DNA of 64,000 bases, taken from Thermoanaerobaculia bacterium. GTDB lineage: Bacteria; Acidobacteriota; Thermoanaerobaculia; Multivoradales; Multivoraceae. A model generated the notes under the pieces. It made no database searches. It was given only the letters and a program-made list of their open reading frames with translations, and had not been told where the DNA came from. Both the position numbers and the translations under genes were made by a program. The stretch spans positions 4,224,001 to 4,288,000 of the forward strand of contig OY761158.1 in the NCBI GenBank assembly GCA_963664405.1. Reading direction: 5' to 3'. This document shows, piece after piece, positions 31,356 through 40,906 of this stretch; within the stretch, counting starts at the first letter, position 1; each line of letters begins with the position of its first letter.

Positions 31356-32243
31356 ATGCCTGCCCGTCCGATCTCTTCCGGGAACATCTCTTTCGGCCTG
31401 GTCTCCATTCCGATCAAGCTGTTTTCTTCCGCCGACCACTCGTCGGATATTCGCTTCAACATGCTCGACGCCAAGCACAAAGTGAGACTGAAGCAGCAGT
31501 ACATCTCGACCAAGGATGGCCGTCTGGTGGAGCGTGGAGAACGGATTCGCGGCTACGAGTTCGCCAAGGGCCAGTACGTCACCTTCACCGATGACGAGAT
31601 CCGCGAGTTGTCCCAGAAGGCGTCACCCAATATCGAGATCACAGAGTTCGTTCCTCTCGAGGAGGTCGATCCCATCTTCTACGAGAAGGCCTATTACCTG
31701 GGGCCGGAAACTGGCGGCGAGAGGGCGTACCGGCTCCTCGGCGCCGCCATGCGCCAAACCGGTCGCTGCGCAGTCGCCAAGTACGCAGCTCGTGGCAAGC
31801 AGTATCTCGTCCTCCTGCGCCCCTTTGATGAAGGGCTGGTGATGCAGCAGCTTTTCTACAAAGACGAGATTCGTGCTTTCGACGAAGTGCCCCTCGGCGA
31901 GGACATCGAAGTGAAGGACGGTGAGTTGGAGCTCGCAATTCAGCTCATCGAGCAGATCGCCACCGAGGGCTTCGACGCGGGGAAGTACGAAGACGACGTT
32001 CGCCAGCGTTTGTTTGCCGCAATCCAGCAGAAGGTCGACGGCCAGGAAGTCACGGCGGCGCTCGATGAAGAGCCCAAAGCGAAGATTATCGATCTCATGG
32101 AGGCGCTCAAGGCCAGCCTCTCCGATGCGTCGGCCGAGTCCGGTGTAGAGGACAAAGGCGAGGAGAAGGGGCGCAAGCCGGCGCGCCGTTCTCCGAGGTC
32201 GGCAAAGAAGGCCTCGCTTCGCAAGCGGGCGATTGCGAAATAG
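31356..32243 (+). CDS. ku: NHEJ Ku protein
   Basis: GNISFGLVSIPIKL, RGYE, YYLGP, IIDLMEALKASL, basic C-terminal tail. Confidence 0.96.
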   Translation: MPARPISSGNISFGLVSIPIKLFSSADHSSDIRFNMLDAKHKVRLKQQYISTKDGRLVERGERIRGYEFAKGQYVTFTDDEIRELSQKASPNIEITEFVPLEEVDPIFYEKAYYLGPETGGERAYRLLGAAMRQTGRCAVAKYAARGKQYLVLLRPFDEGLVMQQLFYKDEIRAFDEVPLGEDIEVKDGELELAIQLIEQIATEGFDAGKYEDDVRQRLFAAIQQKVDGQEVTAALDEEPKAKIIDLMEALKASLSDASAESGVEDKGEEKGRKPARRSPRSAKKASLRKRAIAK

Positions 32244-32244
32244 C

Positions 32245-32772
32245 ATGGCGAGGCACGTGGAGTCCAGCCAGATCTCCTTGGACTTTTCGGTCCCGCGACC
32301 GCTGGCGCAGGTGACCTCGCTGCTGGACCGAGCCGGCGACTTGGCCAAGGCCGAGGGCCCGATCTGGAGCGTGGCGGAGCGCTACGAGCGAGGCTGTGAG
32401 CTCGAGCCCGAGTCAGAGCAGGCGGCTCGTGCCGCCTATCGAGAGGTTCTCGCAGTCGATCCGGGCCACATCGACGCGCTCCTCAATTTGGGCCGTCTGC
32501 TCCACGAAGCCGGCGATCTACGCGAAGCGGAGAGGCACTATCTGCGCGCGCTCGAGGAGGACCCCAGTGAGGCGACAGCCGCGTTCAATCTCGGAGTCGT
32601 TCTCGAGGATCTTGGTCGCGACGACGAAGCGCTTACGGCTTACGAGCAGGCGGTCGCCGCTGATCCGACGCTTTCCGATCCCTACCACAACGCAGTACGC
32701 CTCTACGAGGCTCGCGGCGACAAAGCCGGCGCCGTTCGTCTGCTGAAGAGATTCCGAGGGCGAAACGAATGA
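32245..32772 (+). CDS. TPR protein co-oriented with ku
   Basis: TPR units (ALLNLGRLLHE, AAFNLGVVLE); starts 1 nt after the ku stop. Confidence 0.85.
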   Translation: MARHVESSQISLDFSVPRPLAQVTSLLDRAGDLAKAEGPIWSVAERYERGCELEPESEQAARAAYREVLAVDPGHIDALLNLGRLLHEAGDLREAERHYLRALEEDPSEATAAFNLGVVLEDLGRDDEALTAYEQAVAADPTLSDPYHNAVRLYEARGDKAGAVRLLKRFRGRNE

Positions 32773-33046
32773 GGTCGGCGTTAGCTACGAGCGACCGATT
32801 TGTACTGGACAAGGTGTCCAATCGGTGGCTAGACTACGGCGCGCTTTCCTATCAAGCGCCAATAGATGTTTCGAGGCCAATCGCGTTTCCAAGAAGCACA
32901 AGAATGCGTCGAGTTTGAAACGTACGGCCTTTCGCCGCGGCCGGGGAAATCCCGGCTAGATAGAGCGGCGCACAAGCTCGGCCCTCCACGCTGTGTGAAG
33001 GGTCCAAGTCGGTGTGTCGCAAGCCTGTTTGAAAAGGAGGTTGAGC

Positions 33047-33580
33047 ATCAGCAAAGACAGACAGCCTAGCAAGCGGACCCGGATCAATCGCGAGATTCGA
33101 TCGAGTCCGATACGCCTGATCGACGCTGACGGAAGTCAGCTCGGAATCGTCCCGCTCGAAGACGCCATTCGCCGAGCCGAAGAACAGACGCTGGATCTGG
33201 TCGAGGTCGGTGCCGAAGCCGATCCGCCGGTCTGTCGCATCATGGATTGGGGAAAGGTCAAGTTCGATCGCGACAAGAAGGCGCGAGAGTCTCGCCGACG
33301 AGCGACAACGATCGAGGTCAAGGAGGTCAAGTATCGACCGACGATCGATACTCATGACTTCGAGATCAAGACCAAACGCGCCCATCGCTTCCTCAGCAAG
33401 GGGAAGAAGGTCAAGGTGACCGTCTTTTTTCGCTATCGCCAGCTGCGGCGTCCCGAGCTGGGTACCAAGATCCTCGACGACGTCACTGAGCGCCTCGCGG
33501 AAGTAGGCCACGTCGAGACCCGGACCCGCCTCGAGGGTCGGCAGATGACAATGATCGTGGCCCCTGTGGCGGCCAAGTAG
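33047..33580 (+). CDS. infC: Translation initiation factor IF-3, predicted non-canonical ATC start
   Basis: RINREI, LDLVEV, PPVCRIMD, EVKEVK, GKKVKV; AGGAGG at 33035-33040 followed 6 nt later by in-frame ATC. Confidence 0.93.
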   Translation: MSKDRQPSKRTRINREIRSSPIRLIDADGSQLGIVPLEDAIRRAEEQTLDLVEVGAEADPPVCRIMDWGKVKFDRDKKARESRRRATTIEVKEVKYRPTIDTHDFEIKTKRAHRFLSKGKKVKVTVFFRYRQLRRPELGTKILDDVTERLAEVGHVETRTRLEGRQMTMIVAPVAAK

Positions 33581-33681
33581 ACACCTGTTCCTCTGCCGAT
33601 GGCGGGCCCGCCTGTCCACCCCAGGCTCCCGCCTGTCCATCGCGGAGCGGAACCTTTCCCGGGAAGAGCGGGAGCCAGGTG

Positions 33682-34446
33682 TTATCTCGGCGCCATACGA
33701 ATCGCGCCGTCGAGACGGATGACTTCTCCGTTGAGCATGGGATTTTCTACGATGGCTTTGGCGAGCATCGCGAACTCATTGGGTTGACCCAGGCGCGAGG
33801 GGAACGGCACCTGTGCGCCGAGCGAGATTTTTGCCTCCTCGGGAAGACCGGCAAGGAGTGGCGTCTCGAAAATACCGGGCGCAATCGTCATTACACGAAT
33901 GCTCAGAGCCGCGAGATCACGGGCGATCGGTAACGTCATGCCGACGATGCCCCCCTTCGATGCCGAGTAGGCTGCCTGCCCGATCTGACCGTCGAAGGCG
34001 GCAACCGACGCGGTATTGATGATCACTCCACGCTCTTCCCCTTCGGGCTCTTGCGCGGCCATGGCTTCGGCGGCGAGGCGGATGACGTTGAAGGTGCCGA
34101 GGAGGTTGATGCCGACTGTCCTCGTGAAGGCCGCCATGGAGTGGACGCCTCGCTTGCCGAAGGTCTTCTCGGCGGAGCCGATGCCGGCGCAGTTGATGGC
34201 GCCGTGGATCGAGCCGAAAGTGTCGATTGTCGACTTCAGTGCGGCCGCGACGTCTTCTTCGCTCTGAACATCGGCCTTGGCGAAGATCGCTCGCTCGCCG
34301 ATGTCCCCCGCGGCCTTGCTACCGGTGTCTGAGTTGATGTCGAGGAGGGTCACATTGGCGCCGCTGTCGACCAGCAAGCGCGCCGTCGCGAGCCCCAGGC
34401 CCGATCCTCCGCCGGTTATCATGAAGGTCCGATTTTGAATCTCCAA
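33682..34446 (-). CDS. SDR oxidoreductase, 3-hydroxyacyl-CoA dehydrogenase type II family
   Basis: [47 protein letters not shown]. Confidence 0.93.
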   Translation of the reverse strand: MEIQNRTFMITGGGSGLGLATARLLVDSGANVTLLDINSDTGSKAAGDIGERAIFAKADVQSEEDVAAALKSTIDTFGSIHGAINCAGIGSAEKTFGKRGVHSMAAFTRTVGINLLGTFNVIRLAAEAMAAQEPEGEERGVIINTASVAAFDGQIGQAAYSASKGGIVGMTLPIARDLAALSIRVMTIAPGIFETPLLAGLPEEAKISLGAQVPFPSRLGQPNEFAMLAKAIVENPMLNGEVIRLDGAIRMAPR

Positions 34447-34596
34447 GTCGATTCTCCTTTTCTCTTCTTAGGGTCGGCGCGGAAATAAGTTTCCAGTATC
34501 TGGGGTGACCATACCACTGCCCCCTTCTTCAGCCACCGCATAATCCTCCGGTACGCGCCTTGTTTGCAAGGTTTAGAGCTAGCATAGCCCTGCCCG

Positions 34597-34650
34597 CATT
34601 TGGTATAGTTTCCCCTGTCACCTCTTTTGGAAGGGGAACTATACCAAATG
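34597..34650 (+). promoter_or_regulatory. Extended -10 promoter inside an inverted repeat that can sequester the transposase RBS and ATG
   Basis: CATTTGGTATAGTTTCCCCT pairs with AGGGGAACTATACCAAATG (19 bp, one bulge); TG-G-TATAGT at 34601-34609. Confidence 0.7.
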
Positions 34651-36455
34651 GTACGAGCCGAAGATCGTGATGCAACAGTGCGCGAGCTCTTGATGAGCGA
34701 ACAGATGGCCACCATGGATGAGCTCAAGGACGCCATGGGAACCCGAGCCACCATGACGGTCTACCGTTCGCTGTCTCGATTGGGCTATTTGGCCAGCTAC
34801 TCGGATCGAGGGCGGTTCTATACCTTGAACGAGATTCCCGATTTCGACGATCTGGGTTTGTGGTCGTGCGGTTCGGCGAGGTTCAGTCGGCATGGCAGCC
34901 TCCTCGAAACTGCGGTGGCTGCCGTGGACCGGTCCGCTGCCGGCTATACGGCTTCTGAACTCGAGCTCCTGCTGCAGGTCGAGGTCAAGCACGCGATGTT
35001 GCACCTCGTTCGTCGCAAGAGAATCGTACGATCCAGAGTTGGGAAGAGGTTCGTATACTTGTGCTCGGAAACAGGGCGCCGTCGTCAGCAGAAGCTGATG
35101 CGCAACGAACGGCAGGCTCTCCAGGATGTAGCTGCCAGCCTCGTTCCAGAAGTGCTCCCCGAGGAGCTCAGGGCTGCCATCGTTTTATTCTTCAGCCTGC
35201 TAGACGAACGCCAGCGGCGGCTCTTCGCTGGCCTGGAAGCGACCAAGCTCGGGCATGGCGGCGACCGGAAGATCGCCGATCTTCTGGACCTGGACCCTCA
35301 TACAGTCGCAAAAGGACGTCGCGAGCTCTTCGGCGGCTCCGTGGAGCGCGGAAGAGTTCGAAGAGCAGGCGGTGGCAACCAACGAGTGGAAAAAAAACGC
35401 CCGAGATAGTCGATGGAATCCATTCCATACTCGAGGCCGATATAGCTGGTGATCCCATGTCATCAAAAAGATGGACGCACGAGACCGCTGCAAAGGTGGC
35501 CCAATGCCTTGCCGAACGCCTTGACATCATCGTATCGGCTACGGTGGTGCGTCGATTGCTCGCAGACCTGAACTATTCCCTCAAGAGCAATAGGAAATGT
35601 CTGTCTTCGGGGAACTCCCCAGATCGTGATGCACAGTTCAAGGCCATCAAGCGACTGCGCGAGGATTTCACAAGCGCTGGCGACCCGATCATCAGCGTCG
35701 ATACGAAGAAGAAGGAGCTGATCGGTCGGTTCAAGAACCAGGGACAGACATGGTGCCGCGAGGCCAAGCGGGTCAAGGATCACGACTTCCGGTCCGAAGC
35801 TCTCGCCATCGCCTCCCCCTATGGGATCTACGATCTTCAGAGGAACTTCGGCGTTCTCGTCCTCGGACAGTCGTCGGACACGCCGGAGTTCGCTGTCAAC
35901 AGCATCGCGACCTGGTGGCTCAAATACGGTCGATCTCACTATCCGGCGTCTCAGCGTCTCCTCATTCTTGCCGACAGCGGCGCAAGCAACGGCGCACGGC
36001 TTCGAGCCTGGAAGAAGTACCTCCAGGAGAAGCTCGTAGACAAGTGCGGCCTCATCATCACCGTCGCCCACTATCCAACTGGCACCAGTAAATGGAATCC
36101 CATCGAGCACAGGATGTTCAGCGAGATCAGCAAGAACTGGGCCGGAGTTCCTCTCGAGAGTTTCGAGATCCTCGTCAACCTCGTCCGCAACACGACGACA
36201 TCCACCGGACTGCGCGTCGAGCCGTGCCGTGATCAACGCCAATACCAGAAAGGAGTCAGGGTATCGGACAAGGAAATGCTGCAGCTCGCGGTGGCCAGGA
36301 GCGACTTCCTAGGAAAGTGGAACTACACCCTCTCGCCGAGACCGCGAACCGAGCAGGAAGAGCTTGCCCCACAGCCTGGGCTCAGCTCACCACCACCTCC
36401 AATGCAGCGACCGCCCTGTGGCGCCTCGGCCTCACACGCTCCGGCGATAATGTGA
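34648..36455 (+). CDS. ISAzo13-family DDE transposase in two frames (34648-35409, then the -1 frame to 36455)
   Basis: LDERQRRL...GHGG in ORF1; GDPMS, DRDAQF, ISVDTKKKELIG, ADSG, HYPTGTSKWNPIEHRMFS in ORF2; A8 run at 35390-35397 joins the frames. Confidence 0.9.
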
Positions 36456-36501
36456 AGTTATTTCCGCGCCGACCCTTAGTTGGGGGGCGTGATGATATCG
36501 G

Positions 36502-37431
36502 CTACCCCTCTCGTAGCCAATCGTCGATCAAGCGGCGGGCGATCGACAGCGGCGGGGGCAGCCTCACCTCACGGTCGAGGATCTGTTGCCGTGAGAACCA
36601 CCTGGCTTCCTCGAGCTCGCTCTCGTCGGCCCGCACTTCGCCGCGGCTTGCTCGAGCGTGGAAACCGAGCATCAGCGACGTAGGGAAGGGCCAGGGCTGG
36701 GAGGAGTGATACTCGCAGGCCTCTACCGCTACGCTGGCCTCTTCGGCCACTTCGCGACGGACCGCGTCTTCGAGACTCTCTCCAGGCTCGACGAAACCTG
36801 CCAGCGTCGAATAAACGCCGCGTGCCCAGGTTGCCTGCCTCCCGAGCAGACACCAGTCGCCGTCGGTGACCAGCATGATCACAGCGGGATCGGTCCGAGG
36901 GAAGATCTCCGCCGCGCATGACGAGCTCGAGCACCGCCGGAGGTGACCACTTTGCACCGAGTCAGTAGGCGCGCCGCAGACTCCGCAAAAGCGGTGACGC
37001 TGATGCCAGGTCATCATCGCCCTGGCGTAGGCGAGTAGCGCGCCGTCCCCGTGCTCGAGCAGGCCTCCGATCTGGCGTAGATCCGAGAACTCATTGTTGC
37101 TGTCGAGCCCGAGCTCGGCTAGAGGCTCGTCGAGCACAGAAACATCTGCCGCGAAACAGGCCTGCTCGCCCCTGTTTCCTAGGTAAACAAGGGTCCAAGC
37201 TCCACTGTCTAGAGAGTCGTGTCGCTCTCGCAGCTCGGCCATGGGCAAGAGCGCGGCGCAGGGTGGCTCTGAGCCGGTCTCATCCTCTTGCCGGATCAAG
37301 CTCCGTGATCGCCAGACGAAGGTGATCCGTGAGCCGGGGTCAGCCTTGGTGGTTCTGAGCCATGCCTCATCCAGCCGGAGGTGGGATTGCCGATCGAGGT
37401 CCGCGGAAGCGAACGAGTTCGGGGACCGCAC
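36502..37431 (-). CDS. nudC: NAD(H) diphosphatase NudC
   Basis: FCGVCG...C...C zinc ribbon, FPRTDPAVI, Nudix box GFVEPGESLEDAVRREVAEE, SQPWPFP. Confidence 0.95.
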   Translation of the reverse strand: MRSPNSFASADLDRQSHLRLDEAWLRTTKADPGSRITFVWRSRSLIRQEDETGSEPPCAALLPMAELRERHDSLDSGAWTLVYLGNRGEQACFAADVSVLDEPLAELGLDSNNEFSDLRQIGGLLEHGDGALLAYARAMMTWHQRHRFCGVCGAPTDSVQSGHLRRCSSSSCAAEIFPRTDPAVIMLVTDGDWCLLGRQATWARGVYSTLAGFVEPGESLEDAVRREVAEEASVAVEACEYHSSQPWPFPTSLMLGFHARASRGEVRADESELEEARWFSRQQILDREVRLPPPLSIARRLIDDWLREG

Positions 37432-37436
37432 GAGTT

Positions 37437-38543
37437 TCAGTTGCTTCTGCGGTAGGCCATGGCTTCTGAGACTCGTTGCTTGCTGAGCTGGAGGGCGGCT
37501 TCTGCGGGAATCTGGCTATGGCGCCTAGCCAACTCCAGTACTTCTCGCGTGTTCTCGAGGATCTTTTCCTCGATGGCTTGAAAAGCCTGTGTCTGGGTGC
37601 CGCCGTGGTACTCCACCGAGGCGCAGATGACACCTCCGGCGTTGGCGACGAAATCGGGAACCGAGAGAATCCCGCGGTCGTGCAGGATGCGCTCGGCGCG
37701 GGGGGTGACCGGGATATTGGCTCCCTGCAGAATCATTCCGCAGTTGAGGCGTGGGGCGTTTGTCTCGTCGATTACGTCGGGTCTGGCGGCGGGGACGAAG
37801 ATGTCGCATTCGAGATCCAGAAACGCGTCGCGGTGCAGGATCTCGGCGCCGTCGTAGAGAGTGATGCGTCCGGTCTCTCGTTTGATCTCCACCAGGCGAT
37901 CGATGTCGAGGCCGCGGGGGCTATGGACGCAGCCGTCCAGATCGGCGGCCGTGGTGAGGATGGCGCCTTTCTCAGCCAGGAAGCGAGCCGTGTGCTGCCC
38001 GACATTGCCGAAACCTTGTATCGATACGCGACCGCCTTCGATCGAGACGTCGCAGAAGTCCTGAGCGACCTCACCGCATACCGCGAGGCCGAAGCCGGTG
38101 GCGCCAACTTGGTCGAGCGGAATGCCTCCCAGGACCTTGGATAGGCCGACCGACCGTCCGATCTCGTCGCGGATCCAGCCCATTGCGACTTCGTTGGTGC
38201 CGATGTCAGGCCCAGGGATGTAACCTTCCAGGGTCTTGATCGAGCGCGCGAACTGCCGAATAAGCGTCTCTTTGTTCGGGGCCGATGGGTCAGCCAAGAT
38301 GCCGGCCTTGCCGCCGCCGTGCGGTATGCCTGCGAGGGCGTTCTTCCACGTCATCGCCCGCGCCAGGCGAAAAACCTCCTCGCTACTGACGTCGGGCACC
38401 ATCCGGATGCCACCGATCGCTGGGCCCGCCGCGACATTGTCGATCACTACGATCGCCTTGAGGCCGGTCCTCGGCTCGTAGATGAAGATCGTCTTTTCGG
38501 GGCCGTACTCGTCGGCGTACTTGACGAAAATATTCTCAACCAT
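37437..38543 (-). CDS. Glu/Leu/Phe/Val dehydrogenase
   Basis: GPAIGGIR, MTWKNA, GGGKAG, PGPD, QGFGNVG, PDFVANAGGV. Confidence 0.93.
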   Translation of the reverse strand: MVENIFVKYADEYGPEKTIFIYEPRTGLKAIVVIDNVAAGPAIGGIRMVPDVSSEEVFRLARAMTWKNALAGIPHGGGKAGILADPSAPNKETLIRQFARSIKTLEGYIPGPDIGTNEVAMGWIRDEIGRSVGLSKVLGGIPLDQVGATGFGLAVCGEVAQDFCDVSIEGGRVSIQGFGNVGQHTARFLAEKGAILTTAADLDGCVHSPRGLDIDRLVEIKRETGRITLYDGAEILHRDAFLDLECDIFVPAARPDVIDETNAPRLNCGMILQGANIPVTPRAERILHDRGILSVPDFVANAGGVICASVEYHGGTQTQAFQAIEEKILENTREVLELARRHSQIPAEAALQLSKQRVSEAMAYRRSN

Positions 38544-38603
38544 GCGATAGCGGCCCTTCTGCCAGATTCAAGATCCTACCATCGCAGCTGGTGGCACCCG
38601 GGC

Positions 38604-38632
38604 TTGTCCGACGCGCCCGTCGCTTCTATGCT
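38604..38632 (+). promoter_or_regulatory. Sigma70-type promoter of a probably leaderless gene
   Basis: TTGTCC-N17-TATGCT followed 6 nt later by ATG 38639, with no SD. Confidence 0.55.
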
Positions 38633-38638
38633 CTGGCG

Positions 38639-39928
38639 ATGAAGGACGCCGCCGAAGAGCTCAATTGCGACATTCGTGAGGGCGCGCCGGCGGTCTGGCG
38701 ATTGCTCTCTTCGCTTGGCCGTAGGGCGATCTACCCTCCAGACATTACTTTTCAGGCGGCCCAGGCCAGAGGCGCTCGTTACAACGCCAGTATCGGCCAG
38801 ATTACCAATGGCGCCGGAGCGGTTCTACCCGTTCCGTCTCTTCACGATCAGCTCGGTGGGTTGCGTGGTGATCGCGACGCAGCCCTTCTTTACTCGCCGA
38901 TCGAGGGAATGCCTGAGATGCGCCGCCTGTGGCGGGAGAGGCAGCGACGCGCCATCGAGAAGACGCCCTCCACCCTGCCGGTCGTGGTCGCGGGACTGAC
39001 TCATGGTCTCAGTCTCATCGCCGATCTCTTCTGTGAAGAGGGGCGTACGGTGGTCGCGCAGTCGCCCTGCTGGGGAAACTACAGACAGATTTTTTCTCTG
39101 CGGCGGGGAGCGAAGGTGGTGGCTGCGGAGGTGTTCGCGTCGGGAGCCTTTGACGCGGCCGCGATTCGCGACCGCCTCGCCGAGATTCCGCCGGGCGATC
39201 CGGCTGTGGTGATCTTGAATCTGCCCTCCAACCCCGTCGGCTACTCCCTGCGGGTCGACGAAAGACACGCTCTCGTGGAGATTCTCCTCGTCGCCGCTTC
39301 CGCGAGGCCCCTTCTCGTGGTCTGCGATGACGCCTACGCCGGTCTTGTCTACGAAGAGGGCATTCCGACTGCGTCACTGTTCTGGGAGTTGGCGGGTCGT
39401 CATCCGAACCTGGTGCCGGTCAAGGTCGATGGGGTGACCAAAGAGCTCGTCTTCTTCGGCGGGCGGGTGGCATTCGTGACTTTCGCGTTTGCTCCGGACT
39501 CCCCAGTCGCACTTGCGCTCGAGAGTAAGTTCAAGTGTCTATTGCGGGCGAGCATCGGGTCTTTGCCGTCGCTCAGTCAAGTGGCGATCACCTCTGCACT
39601 AGAGGCCCCCGAGCTCGATGCCGAGACCGACGCGGTACGGGCAGTGCTCGAGTCCCGCTACAGGGTATTGCGAGCCGCTCTCGATCAGGTACGGAGTGAT
39701 CTCGTTCGTCCTCTGCCCTTCAATTCCGGCTGCTTTGCCCTGCTCCCGCTGGCGGACGGGTTGGACCCCGAGACAGTGAGGGTGCATCTGCTCGAGGAGC
39801 ACGATACCGGGGTCATCGCGATTGCGCCCAACTACATCCGCCTCGCCTATTGCTCGCTGGCGGAAGAAGCGATCCCCGAAACGGTCCGCCGCGTCGCGGC
39901 AGGCCTGGAGGAATGTTTCAGCAGCTAG
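38639..39928 (+). CDS. PLP-dependent class I/II aminotransferase
   Basis: NLPSNPVGY, CDDAY, KVDGVTKE...GGRV, PFNSGCF, IRLAY. Confidence 0.85.
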   Translation: MKDAAEELNCDIREGAPAVWRLLSSLGRRAIYPPDITFQAAQARGARYNASIGQITNGAGAVLPVPSLHDQLGGLRGDRDAALLYSPIEGMPEMRRLWRERQRRAIEKTPSTLPVVVAGLTHGLSLIADLFCEEGRTVVAQSPCWGNYRQIFSLRRGAKVVAAEVFASGAFDAAAIRDRLAEIPPGDPAVVILNLPSNPVGYSLRVDERHALVEILLVAASARPLLVVCDDAYAGLVYEEGIPTASLFWELAGRHPNLVPVKVDGVTKELVFFGGRVAFVTFAFAPDSPVALALESKFKCLLRASIGSLPSLSQVAITSALEAPELDAETDAVRAVLESRYRVLRAALDQVRSDLVRPLPFNSGCFALLPLADGLDPETVRVHLLEEHDTGVIAIAPNYIRLAYCSLAEEAIPETVRRVAAGLEECFSS

Positions 39929-40090
39929 TGCCGTGTCTCCGACATGGCTTACCAATATCTCGGCCCCTTTTGCCCGCTGCCGTCGTTGCGACTCGTCGAC
40001 ATATTCCCAATATGCCTGCCTCGTCGCTCCTTGACAGCGAACAAAATGACCTCGAGCTCTTGGCAAGCCATGTCGGAGACACAACACTAG
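39925..40090. repeat. Family-B palindromic element, copy B1
   Basis: CTAG-bounded; 31 bp terminal inverted repeat with 3 mismatches; core shared with B2-B4; first TAG is the stop of the upstream gene. Confidence 0.9.
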
Positions 40091-40148
40091 CTCTTTGAAC
40101 CCCAAGATGTCTGGGTGGGAGCGTACGTCTGTGCGATCCCCGCCCAGA

Positions 40149-40808
40149 CTACGATACCGGGATCGAGTGCATCCCCGTCGCCTTCTCAGTGAGTGTGCGT
40201 AGCTCGTCGGCGATAGCGAGGCTGCTGCGCACGGCCGCGGAGGCGAGGTTCTGAAGCTCTTCGGTTAGTGCGTGCTTTTCCAACAGCTGGCGTCCCATCC
40301 GGTGATGCTGGATCTCTTCGGGGTGAATGATCTCTCGATAGAGACGTGCGGTCTCGAGATCTCCCACCGACTTGCAGAACTCGATGAATTGCGCGTTCCG
40401 AATCTCCGCAACGGCTTCTCGGGCGAAGGGACCCGCCGCCACTCGCTCGACCGTTGTCCGTAGACCACGAAGGTAATGGTAGAGCGGGCTGTAGCCCTCC
40501 GCCGCGGGGTCGTACTCGGACATGTCTTCACCGAGCTCGCCGAGGCGCTCGAGGATGAGGTTGTAATGTCTCATCTCGTCTCCGCATTGCTGAGCGAAGG
40601 TCATCTTCACGTCGATCTCCGGAGTGGTCGGCATCCAGTATCCGGCCAGCTCACTAGCCTCGATCTCGCTCTTCAGGGCGAATTTCAAGAGGGTGACCAC
40701 GTCCACCTGTCCGGACGATTCGGACTCGAGAGTCTGTTGCTCGCCGAGCTGAGAGAAGAGCTCGTCCATCAGCTCACGCAGGTGCTTGGCAAACTCGTAG
40801 CTATCCAC
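40149..40808 (-). CDS. Ferritin-like diiron-carboxylate protein
   Basis: E...DEMRH and E...EEIQH ExxH pairs. Confidence 0.8.
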   Translation of the reverse strand: MDSYEFAKHLRELMDELFSQLGEQQTLESESSGQVDVVTLLKFALKSEIEASELAGYWMPTTPEIDVKMTFAQQCGDEMRHYNLILERLGELGEDMSEYDPAAEGYSPLYHYLRGLRTTVERVAAGPFAREAVAEIRNAQFIEFCKSVGDLETARLYREIIHPEEIQHHRMGRQLLEKHALTEELQNLASAAVRSSLAIADELRTLTEKATGMHSIPVS

Positions 40809-40906
40809 GTCGGCTTCCTCCGTCGAACGAGTCTAGCAGCCTCGTCGAGTTGAGCGGAGCTGAGTTTTCGCTCGGCGACGGCGGCAGAGCGGATAGACTG
40901 GGTTTC

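Larger units (their letters stand above)
34471..36475 (+). mobile_element. Complete ISAzo13-family insertion sequence
   Basis: 18 bp perfect terminal inverted repeats GGGTCGGCGCGGAAATAA, flanked on both sides by TTA (34468-34470, 36476-36478). Confidence 0.93.

Noticed and set aside
28767-32772. Prophage or defence island around ligD/ku
   Set aside because: No integrase, att sites, phage structural genes or defence domains; ordinary chromosomal NHEJ.
32880-33030. tRNA or other known RNA gene upstream of infC
   Set aside because: No cloverleaf, T-loop GTTCGA or CCA end; kept only as a candidate structured leader.
33583-33682. Repeat element between infC and the SDR gene (CCCGCCTGTCCA x2, GGCTCCCGC...GCGGGAGCC)
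   Set aside because: Single occurrence with no similarity to families A or B and no U-tract; most simply a hairpin between convergent genes.
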